From an uncultured Acidobacteriota bacterium (GTDB lineage Bacteria > Acidobacteriota > Thermoanaerobaculia > UBA5066 > Gp7-AA6): a stretch of 64,000 nt of DNA. Of the stretch, positions 50,762-57,703 are shown piece by piece. A program made the translations under genes and the position numbers. Where the stretch lies: positions 279,493 through 343,492 of the forward strand of contig CAVULG010000004.1 of NCBI GenBank assembly GCA_963742245.1, written 5' to 3'. The stretch's first letter is position 1; each line of letters begins with the position of its first letter. A model generated the notes under the pieces. The model saw only the letters and a list, made by a program, of their open reading frames with translations, was not told where the DNA came from and did not search any database.

Positions 50762-51676
50762 TCAGCGCGCGACGAGCGCGACGCGCCGGTTCTTCGCCCG
50801 TCCCGCTTCCGAGGTGTTCACCGCCACCGGCGCGAGCGGCCCGACCCCGTGACCTTCCAGCCGCGCGGCCGCGATCCCGAGCTTCACGAGCGCGTCCACC
50901 ACGGCCCGGGCCCGCGCCTGCGACAGCGCCTGGTTGTGCGCCAGCGCGCCCGTCATGTCGGTGTGCCCGACGACGTAGAGCTTCAGGGCCGGACGCGTCT
51001 TCAGGAGCTTCGCGATCTCCGCGAGGGCGGGCCCCGACTCCGGTTTGACGTCGGACTTGTCGGTGTCGAAGTAGATGCCGTAAACGGAGACGCTCCCGTC
51101 CCGATCGATCTCCTCGCCGAGAGCGGCCGCGTCGGCGACGACCTTGTCGCCCTCCATCGCCCTGACCTCGACGACATCGAGCTGCGTGCGCCGCTTTCCG
51201 ACCATTACGGCGACGAAGGCCGTCGCTGCCCCGGAGGTCAGCTTCGCCGCCAGATACCGCGGGTCGCCGTCGGCGGCCGCAAAGAGGCCGTTGAACCGGT
51301 TCCACGCGCTCCGGGCGAAGGCGGGCCCGCACGCGTCGAGCTCGCAGGCGTAGACGATCGACGCGCCGGCCTTCTCCAGGGCGGCGCGGTAGTTCTCGTA
51401 GATCTCGAGCGTCGAGCGTCCCGGCGGGTTTTCGTAGACGATGCGCGTCAGCTTCCCCTCGACGACCTCGCCGTCCGGGTCCCCCTTGGCCGTCTTCCCG
51501 GTGACGAGCGGGTACTTGCCGAAGTCCTCGACCTTCCGGCTCGTTTGCGTGGAACCCTCGTAGCGCGAGACCAGGGGGTGGTCTTCGTTCTGGGCGCCCT
51601 GCGCCGCCGCCCGCGCCGCGAGCGCGACGTGCGCCCCGAGCCCCACCGCGGCCAGAACCAGGGCGCGCCGGTTCAC
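50762..51676 (-). CDS. OmpA-family protein with N-terminal DUF4892-like domain
   Basis: 304 aa from the GTG (VNRRALVLAAVGLGA), which overlaps the upstream stop (GTGA). DUF4892-like segment: HPLVSRYEGS..GKLTRIVYENPPGRSTLEIYENY. OmpA C-terminal segment: YFDTDKSDV..LYVVGHTDMTG..NQALSQARARAV..NRRVALV. Confidence 0.75.
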   Translation of the reverse strand: MNRRALVLAAVGLGAHVALAARAAAQGAQNEDHPLVSRYEGSTQTSRKVEDFGKYPLVTGKTAKGDPDGEVVEGKLTRIVYENPPGRSTLEIYENYRAALEKAGASIVYACELDACGPAFARSAWNRFNGLFAAADGDPRYLAAKLTSGAATAFVAVMVGKRRTQLDVVEVRAMEGDKVVADAAALGEEIDRDGSVSVYGIYFDTDKSDVKPESGPALAEIAKLLKTRPALKLYVVGHTDMTGALAHNQALSQARARAVVDALVKLGIAAARLEGHGVGPLAPVAVNTSEAGRAKNRRVALVAR

Positions 51677-52089
51677 GACTTCGCCGGAGATGCCGACGAC
51701 CGGATCAGCTTCTCCAGAACGGCGCCGTCGACGTCGTCGAGACGCTGGATGTACAGGCATCCCTTGCCCGTCTTGTGCTTGCCCAGCTTCTTCAGGAGCG
51801 CTGCGTGCCGGTGCAGGCCGTTCAAGAGGTAGATCGAGAGCGTGCCCTTGCGCGGCGCAAAGCCCATCACGAACCAGTCGCCTTCGCGCCCGGTCGCGGG
51901 AGACTTGTAGCGGTAGTCGCCGAAGCCGACGATGCTCGTTCCCCACATCTTCGCCTTCGCACCGGTGGCGCGCTCCATGAGGCCGACGAGCGTCTTGCAG
52001 TCCTTGCGCGCCTCGGCGTCGGCGATCTTCGCCAGGAAGGCCGGGACGCTGTCCTTCGTCTTCTTCGTCTTCAGCTCGGCGGTCGCCAT
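51673..52089 (-). CDS. DUF1801 (YdhG-like) domain protein
   Basis: Intact 138-aa ORF: VPAFLAKIADAEARKDCKTLVGLMERATG..KMWGTSIVGFG..GKGCLYIQRLDDVD. Confidence 0.7.
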   Translation of the reverse strand: MATAELKTKKTKDSVPAFLAKIADAEARKDCKTLVGLMERATGAKAKMWGTSIVGFGDYRYKSPATGREGDWFVMGFAPRKGTLSIYLLNGLHRHAALLKKLGKHKTGKGCLYIQRLDDVDGAVLEKLIRSSASPAKS

Positions 52090-52102
52090 CCGTCCTCCTC
52101 GC

Positions 52103-53032
52103 TCACGGCTTGTACTCCGTGTAGTCGCCGAAACGCCGGAAGCCGATTCTCTCGTAGATGCCGGCTCCCTCGACGGACGCCTGCAAGACTGCCGCCGGAA
52201 TTCCCTCCGCGCGCGCGTCGCCCAGGGGAGCGAGCGTCATGGCCGAGCCGTACCCGCGGCCCCGGTGAGCCTCGAGGGTCGCGATGCCGTAGAGCCCCGC
52301 CACCCCGCCCGCGACCGTGAGCTCCGCCGCCGCCACCGCCTCGCCGCCGGCATAGCCGACGTAGAAGCGCAGCGGCGACCCGGGCGCGAGCAGCACCGGC
52401 GCAGCCTTTTCGTAGAAACGCAGCACGTTTTCATCCGGCGGCGTCCAGTTCGCGGCCTCGACGCGCGCATAGTCCGCGAGCTCCCGCGCGGAGTTCGCGC
52501 GACATACTCGTAGGGGCGGGGCTTGCCCCCGCCCTGCATCGCCTCGATCCTCTCGTAGGGGCGGGGCTTGCCCCCGCCCTGCTTCGCCTCGATCCTCTCG
52601 TAGGGGCGGGGCTTGCCCCCGCCCTGCTTCGCCTCGACCCTCTCGTAGGGGCGGGGCTTGCCCCCGCCCTGCTCCGTCTCGCTCATCCAGTTCAGCGAGC
52701 GACATCGCCATCGCCTGCTCGGTCTCCGCCGCCTTCAGGCCGGCGGCTTCGAGGAGCCGCCCGAGATCTTCCGGCGCGTCGCCCGGTCCCACCCACCACG
52801 AGAACGGCAGACCCTCGAACCACGCGATCGCCTCGCGAATCCGCCGCTCCGCCGTCCCCGGCGCGAACCGCGCGCGACAGGCGGCGTTGAACGTGTCGCA
52901 GGCCAGGCCGCAGGTCGTCAGCGCGAGATCCTCATCGACGGCCGCCCGCATTCCGGGCAGCCGGCCCTGGACGTACGTGAAGTGTGCGGCGAGGTTCTCT
53001 GCCGCGGCCGCGGCGAGATCCGCGCCCGTCAT
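52103..53032 (-). CDS. Two-domain GNAT-family acetyltransferase carrying an in-frame REP-like tandem-repeat insertion in the interdomain linker
   Basis: 309 aa from MTGADLAAAAAENLAAHF, within ORF 52103..53584. C-terminal GNAT motifs: LYGIATLEAHRGRGYGSAMT. The linker reads (A/G)GRGQAPPLRE(G/D)RG(E/D) four times. The ATG overlaps the upstream stop (ATGA). Confidence 0.75.
   Translation of the reverse strand: MTGADLAAAAAENLAAHFTYVQGRLPGMRAAVDEDLALTTCGLACDTFNAACRARFAPGTAERRIREAIAWFEGLPFSWWVGPGDAPEDLGRLLEAAGLKAAETEQAMAMSLAELDERDGAGRGQAPPLREGRGEAGRGQAPPLREDRGEAGRGQAPPLREDRGDAGRGQAPPLRVCRANSARELADYARVEAANWTPPDENVLRFYEKAAPVLLAPGSPLRFYVGYAGGEAVAAAELTVAGGVAGLYGIATLEAHRGRGYGSAMTLAPLGDARAEGIPAAVLQASVEGAGIYERIGFRRFGDYTEYKP
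52507..52672 (+). repeat. Tandem array (about 3.6 copies) of a 45-bp unit, each with a GTAG head and an imperfect GC palindrome (REP-like)
   Basis: GTAG occurs at 52510, 52555, 52600 and 52645. The unit is GTAGGGGCGGGGCTTGCCCCCGCCCTGC(A/T)TCGCCTCGA(T/C)CCTCTC, with 1-2 SNPs between copies. Confidence 0.85.
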
Positions 53033-53874
53033 CGCGGACCGCGCTCCACTGTAAACACGTGGGCCTGGGTTTTCCCGTCCACCGGGCCCTGCCCGAACCG
53101 GTCGGCGATCGCGCGGCTCGCCGCCTCGATCGCCTCGTCGATCCGGATCCGGGATGCATCGCGCGCCGCGATCTCGTTGCGCAGAGGGGTGCCGAGGCAG
53201 TACGCCGACGCGGCGTCCCGGGCGGACGGCGCGCGGCTGCGAAACGCCACCGTCTCGATCTCCGGCGGCGCGTCGAAGCCGCCGGCCGCGAGGTCGACAG
53301 CGAGCCGCGCGCGGTCGAAGCAGCCGTGCGGGGTGCGCGCCAGAAAGCGCGGCGGATCCGCGGGGAACACCGTCGCGAGGCCGGCGGTCACCGCCTCCGC
53401 AAAATCGTTCTCCTCGATCCGGTCCCAGACGCTGAAGAGCAGCGCGCCGCCTGGCCGGAGCACCCGCCGCGCCTCGCCGAAGGCCCGAGGCCGGTCCGGG
53501 AAGAACATGACGCCGAACTGGCACACCACGGCGTCGAAGCTCCCCTCTTCGAAAGGAAGCGCCAGGGCGTCGGCCTGCCGCCACGCCACCGGACGGCGGA
53601 CCCCGGCCGCAGCCGCCCGCTCGAGCATCGGCGCATTGAGGTCGGTCGCGACGATCGACACGGACTGGGGCAACGCCGCGTCCATGGCGCGCGTGACGGC
53701 TCCCGTTCCGGCGGCGACCTCGAGGACGCGCCCGGGCGAGCGCCGCGCCACGCGCGCCGCCAGATCCGCCGCGTACGGTTCGAAGATGAGCGGGACGAGC
53801 AGCGCGTCGTAGACCTGGGGCAGCGAGCCGCCGAACGCCTGGTCGAGCGCGTTTCGATCAGGCGCGTCCGTCAT
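53029..53874 (-). CDS. Class I SAM-dependent methyltransferase
   Basis: 281 aa from MTDAPDRNALDQAF, within ORF 53029..54189. Motif I: VLEVAAGTGAVT. Also FDAVVCQFGVMFF and LRPGGALLFSVW. ATGA overlaps occur at both ends. Confidence 0.8.
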   Translation of the reverse strand: MTDAPDRNALDQAFGGSLPQVYDALLVPLIFEPYAADLAARVARRSPGRVLEVAAGTGAVTRAMDAALPQSVSIVATDLNAPMLERAAAAGVRRPVAWRQADALALPFEEGSFDAVVCQFGVMFFPDRPRAFGEARRVLRPGGALLFSVWDRIEENDFAEAVTAGLATVFPADPPRFLARTPHGCFDRARLAVDLAAGGFDAPPEIETVAFRSRAPSARDAASAYCLGTPLRNEIAARDASRIRIDEAIEAASRAIADRFGQGPVDGKTQAHVFTVERGPR

Positions 53875-54221
53875 GCGGGGGGCGTCGCGGCGCGTCCGTG
53901 CTCGACGGTGGATTCCCGCATGTAGAGAAAGAGAGGCAGGCCCAGCGAGACGCCGACCGCGAGGGTCGCCGCGATCGGCGCCCACAGGCCCCGGACACCG
54001 GCGCGCCGGCCATCCACGACCACGAACACGGCGAGCACGATCGCCGACACGACGACGTCGAGGCCGAAGAACGCGCCGATCCGGGTCGCGAAGAGCTGCG
54101 CGACGAAGAGCTTCAGGTCCGGCCCGTGCTCGCGCAGAAAAGGCAGGAACTGCGAGTACGGGAGGGCGATCCCCGGCAGGCAGAGCCACAGATACGCGGT
54201 CTTGGGTTTCCAGGGCTTCAT
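53871..54221 (-). CDS. DUF2834-like small membrane protein
   Basis: 116 aa from MKPWKPKTAYLWLCL. GAGGAGG lies 6 nt upstream. It has three or four hydrophobic helices. Confidence 0.55.
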   Translation of the reverse strand: MKPWKPKTAYLWLCLPGIALPYSQFLPFLREHGPDLKLFVAQLFATRIGAFFGLDVVVSAIVLAVFVVVDGRRAGVRGLWAPIAATLAVGVSLGLPLFLYMRESTVEHGRAATPPA

Positions 54222-54231
54222 GGCAGCCTCC

Positions 54232-55185
54232 TCAGTTCTTCGCAAAGAGGGGCGCGCACGAGCGGGCGATCGCTTCGACGTGCCGCGTGTCCGTGCCGCA
54301 GCAGCCGCCGAGCACCGTCAGGTCCCCGAGCGCGCGCTTCAACCGGGCGTAGTCGCGGCCGAGCTCCTCCGGGTCGCCCGCGTCGAGCGTCGTGGAGTCG
54401 TTGAGCTCCGCGTGGCTCTGGCGTGACGCGTTCGCGCGCAGCCCCCGCACGCGCTTCGTCCAGGGGGCGCCGTGAGCGAGCACCTCTTCGAAGTGCGACG
54501 GGTGCGCGCAGTTGACCACGTAGTAGGCCGGATACGCGGAGGTCGCGGCGTCGACCTGCGCGATCGCGTCCGCGAGCGGCTGGCCCGTCGGCAGCCGTCC
54601 GTCGGTCTCGACGGTGAAGGAGATCGCCGCCGGCATTCCTGCCGCCCGCGCCGCGCGCGCCACGCCCTCGGCCTCCTCGGCGTAGTTCATCGTGATCGCG
54701 CAGACCATGTCCGCCTCCGTGCCCGCGAACGTGTCGATCTGCGCGCGATGAAATTCCTCGGCCTCGCCCGCAGACATCGCGCGATCCGGCACGTAACCGT
54801 CGCCGCGGGGCCCCACACAGCCGGACAGGACGACGGGCGCCTTCCCTTCGTCCTCGCCCCGCACGTCCACGAGCACTCGGACCGCCTTCCGGTTCGCCTC
54901 CGCGAGCTCTTCGGCCGAGTAACCCAGGCGCTTGCCCCAGTCGGCGCTCGCGCGCCAGGTGGCGCTCTCGAGAATCAGCCCGGCCGAGAAGCGCTTCGCG
55001 ATCCCGGCGTACGCGCGAAAGTACTTCTTCAGGGCCGCCTCGCCTTCGGGCGTCTTCAGCAGCGGGAAGGCCGCGAAATCCGGCAGGTCGATCCCCTCGA
55101 GAAAGATCAGCGTCGTCTCGAGACCGCCGTCGGTCAGAAAGAGTCCGCCGCCGAGCTGGGGAAGCGCGTTTCGATGTCTGGACAT
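54232..55185 (-). CDS. mmuM: Homocysteine S-methyltransferase family protein
   Basis: Intact 317-aa ORF: LTDGGLETTL, VLSGCVGPRGDGY, VNCAHPSH, LGGCCGTDTRHV (zinc-binding Cys set). Confidence 0.8.
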   Translation of the reverse strand: MSRHRNALPQLGGGLFLTDGGLETTLIFLEGIDLPDFAAFPLLKTPEGEAALKKYFRAYAGIAKRFSAGLILESATWRASADWGKRLGYSAEELAEANRKAVRVLVDVRGEDEGKAPVVLSGCVGPRGDGYVPDRAMSAGEAEEFHRAQIDTFAGTEADMVCAITMNYAEEAEGVARAARAAGMPAAISFTVETDGRLPTGQPLADAIAQVDAATSAYPAYYVVNCAHPSHFEEVLAHGAPWTKRVRGLRANASRQSHAELNDSTTLDAGDPEELGRDYARLKRALGDLTVLGGCCGTDTRHVEAIARSCAPLFAKN

Positions 55186-55189
55186 CCCC

Positions 55190-55197
55190 GGATTATT
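55190..55197 (-). promoter_or_regulatory. -10-like octamer AATAATCC, 6 nt before the mmuM ATG (leaderless-type); contains the TAA stop of the ydeI-like gene
   Basis: The minus strand reads GCGAAATAATCCGGGGATG with no SD. Confidence 0.3.
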
Positions 55198-55798
55198 TCG
55201 CAGGCCGGGCCGCCGGGGCGCGCGGCAGCCCGGGAAGCGGAAGGCCGGCCTCCGAGCGCGCGATGAGGACGTCGAGGCGCCGGCGCCGCGTCGCCTCCTG
55301 CTTCGCGCTCACGATCCACCAGGTGGCCAGGCGGCGGTAGGCATCCGAGCGCGAGCGGAAAAAGGTCCAGGCGGCGGCGTTTTTCCGAAAGAGACGCTCG
55401 TGGGCGGGCGGGAGCCGGGCAGCCTCTCTCTGCTCGTAGGAGTAGACGGCGGAGCGATCGGTCTTGCGCGCTCGGAATGCCGCGAGCCCCGCCTTCCCCA
55501 TGCGCCCCGCCGCGATCAACGCCTTCGCCTTCCGGATGTTGATCGCGCTCCAGTTGCTGCCCGGCCGCCGCGGCGTGAAGCGCGCCGTGAATCGCGTCGC
55601 GTCGACGGACTTGCGGATGCCGTCGATCCAGCCGTGACAAAGCGCTTCGTCGACCGACTCGGACCACGTGAGGCTCGGCCGCCCGGTTTCCTTCCGGTGA
55701 TACCCGACCCAGAGCTCGGTCCGCCGGGCGTGGTTCCTTGCGAGCCAGCGGCCGAGCTCGGCGGGCGACCGGAAGAAGAGGATTCCGGTCGGGGTCAT
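55193..55798 (-). CDS. YdeI/OmpD-associated family protein
   Basis: 201 aa from MTPTGILFFRSPAELGRWLARNH, within ORF 55193..55915. Segments: ELWVGYHRKETG, EALCHGWIDG. Confidence 0.65.
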   Translation of the reverse strand: MTPTGILFFRSPAELGRWLARNHARRTELWVGYHRKETGRPSLTWSESVDEALCHGWIDGIRKSVDATRFTARFTPRRPGSNWSAINIRKAKALIAAGRMGKAGLAAFRARKTDRSAVYSYEQREAARLPPAHERLFRKNAAAWTFFRSRSDAYRRLATWWIVSAKQEATRRRRLDVLIARSEAGLPLPGLPRAPAARPAK

Positions 55799-55803
55799 GC
55801 GGC

Positions 55804-55811
55804 GAATCCTA
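55804..55811 (-). promoter_or_regulatory. -10-like octamer TAGGATTC, 7 nt before the ydeI-like ATG (leaderless-type); contains the TAG stop of the oxidoreductase gene
   Basis: The minus strand reads CTAGGATTCGCCGCATG, nearly identical to the yceI upstream string. Confidence 0.35.
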
Positions 55812-57203
55812 GTCCGAGTCCTTGTCCTCGAGCCCCGCCGGGGCCAGGCGCGAGAGCGCGACGGCCATCGCCGAAGGCTTCTCCCCCCGATTTTCCGCGG
55901 CCTCCTTGCGCGCAACGGCAGCGCGCACCAGGTGGGCGCCGACGTAGCGGACGGGCTCCGGCGGAAAGCGGCCGGCCGAACGTCCGATCAGCGGGTACCG
56001 TCCCCAGTCGTCGTCCGTGTCGAGGGCGAGGCTCGCGAGGATGCGTCCGCCGAGGACGCTCGGAGCCACACCGTTGCCGCTCCAGCCGACGCCATAGACG
56101 ATGTGGGGCCGTCCGCCGAGCCGCCCGAAGACCGGCAGGCTGTTGGGCGTCCGGTCGATCGGCCCGCTCCAGTCGTGCGTGACGGGAACGTCGCGCAGGT
56201 TCGGGTAGACGCGGCGGAAGTCCGCCTCGACCATCGCCGCGCGTTCCCGGTCCCGGTCGAAGCGCGGGCCGATCCTGCCGCCGAGCGCGATTCCCCACCC
56301 GCCCTTGCCAAATGCGACACGGCCGTCGCGGGTCGCGTGGTAATAGTCGATCATCATCTGTGAGTCCGTGATGGACTCGCCGCCCGTCCATCCGATCGCT
56401 TCGAGGCGCGCCGCGGCGGGCGCCGTGACGATCATGTCGCTCGTGATCGCGACGATCGCGCGCGCGAGCTCGCGGATGCCGGCCGCCCAGGCGTTGGACG
56501 CGATGACGAGGCGCTGCGCCGTGAGACGGCCCCGCGGCGCGTTCAGAACGACCGGCGATCCGCGCGAGAACGACGCGACGCGCGTGTTCTCGTAGATCCG
56601 CACACCCGCCGCCAGCGCCGCCTTCCGCAATCCGCGTGCGAGCGCCGCCGGCTGCACCGTCGCCGCGGAGACGTCGAGGACTCCGGCGCGGTGGACCGGC
56701 GAGCCCGTCCGCCGCGCGATCTCCTCGGGCGAGAGACGCTGAAACGGCCCGACGCCGCGCTTCTCGCAGAGGCCCACGACGCCTTCCCACGCGCCCATCT
56801 GCGCCGCCGTCGTCGCCGTCCACAGCCATCCTCCGCGCCGGAACCGCGCGTCGATGCCGTGCTCAGCGCAGAAGGACTCGAGGTGCGACACCGCGGCCTC
56901 CGCGTCGCGGGCAATGCGGAGCGCGTCCGTCGGGCCGCAGAGGGCGGTCAGCGACGCGAGCTTCGACCACCACGACAGCGCGAACCCGCCGTTGCGGCCC
57001 GAGGCGCCGCCGCCGCAGATGTCCTGCTCGAGGACGGCGACGTCGCACGCGGGCGCACGGCGCTTGATCTCGAGGGCGGTCCAGAGACCGACATAGCCGC
57101 CGCCGAGGATCGCGACGTCCGCACGCGCGTCGCCCGTGAGCGGCGGCGCGTCGGGGGCGTCGCCGGCGACCTCTTCGAGCCAGAACGAGCGGTGGAACGT
57201 CAG
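55809..57203 (-). CDS. FAD-dependent oxidoreductase (DAO/PuuB-like family); start codon unresolved
   Basis: ORF 55809..56891 plus an in-frame, stop-free upstream extension that I translated: LTFHRSFWLEEV..DVAILGGGYVGLWTALEI..GGGASGRNGG (dinucleotide-binding fold). That extension has no ATG/GTG/TTG. The CTG at 57203 is the first codon after the upstream stop. Confidence 0.7.
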   Translation of the reverse strand: MTFHRSFWLEEVAGDAPDAPPLTGDARADVAILGGGYVGLWTALEIKRRAPACDVAVLEQDICGGGASGRNGGFALSWWSKLASLTALCGPTDALRIARDAEAAVSHLESFCAEHGIDARFRRGGWLWTATTAAQMGAWEGVVGLCEKRGVGPFQRLSPEEIARRTGSPVHRAGVLDVSAATVQPAALARGLRKAALAAGVRIYENTRVASFSRGSPVVLNAPRGRLTAQRLVIASNAWAAGIRELARAIVAITSDMIVTAPAAARLEAIGWTGGESITDSQMMIDYYHATRDGRVAFGKGGWGIALGGRIGPRFDRDRERAAMVEADFRRVYPNLRDVPVTHDWSGPIDRTPNSLPVFGRLGGRPHIVYGVGWSGNGVAPSVLGGRILASLALDTDDDWGRYPLIGRSAGRFPPEPVRYVGAHLVRAAVARKEAAENRGEKPSAMAVALSRLAPAGLEDKDSD

Positions 57204-57215
57204 AGGATCAGGCGG

Positions 57216-57629
57216 TCAGGCCGTCTTCGGACGGTACACCCACGCGGCAACGATTCCGAGAAGCACCATCCAGGCGGCGTCGTAGAGGATCTGCCGCACG
57301 GCGAGCGCGCCCGGCATCGGCTGGACGACGTAATAGATCATGTAGGTCGGGATGACCGTCAGAAACGCCACGACGATCCCGAACCGGACACCCTGCGCCA
57401 GCCACGGCTTCGCCTCGATGCCGCGCGAGTAGATCCAGACGAAGGCCCCGGCGCACAAGACGTGCGCCAGGATCATCAGCGGAAAGAGCTTTCCCATTTC
57501 CGCTTCCCCCCGGTAGAGATTCGGGAGGCTCATGTACGTGTCGCGCAGCAGCGTCCCGTGAATGAGGAAGCCTCCGACCTGCCAGACCACGAAAACGAGC
57601 ACCCATCCGAGAAAGAACTTGCCCTTCAT
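57216..57629 (-). CDS. Four-helix membrane protein of unknown function
   Basis: Intact 137-aa ORF with hydrophobic helices. GGGAGGAG lies upstream. An AATAATGG -10-like box at 57655..57662 lies 27 nt before the ATG. Confidence 0.55.
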   Translation of the reverse strand: MKGKFFLGWVLVFVVWQVGGFLIHGTLLRDTYMSLPNLYRGEAEMGKLFPLMILAHVLCAGAFVWIYSRGIEAKPWLAQGVRFGIVVAFLTVIPTYMIYYVVQPMPGALAVRQILYDAAWMVLLGIVAAWVYRPKTA

Positions 57630-57703
57630 GGCTCCTCCCTTCCTTCTGTGGCGACCATTATTTCGGAAGTGGAATGTCCCGGATCGTTCAGAAGCGTCGG
57701 CGT

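Noticed and set aside
52507-52672. The 45-bp repeats as a CRISPR array.
   Set aside because: The repeats are directly contiguous with no unique spacers. No cas genes are present, and the array lies in frame inside a CDS.
52237-52686. ORF encoding MSETEQGGGKPRPYERVEAKQGGGKPRPYE... as an independent repeat-protein gene.
   Set aside because: It is an alternative reading frame of the REP-like array. Beyond the array it runs out of frame through the GNAT catalytic domain as low-complexity sequence.
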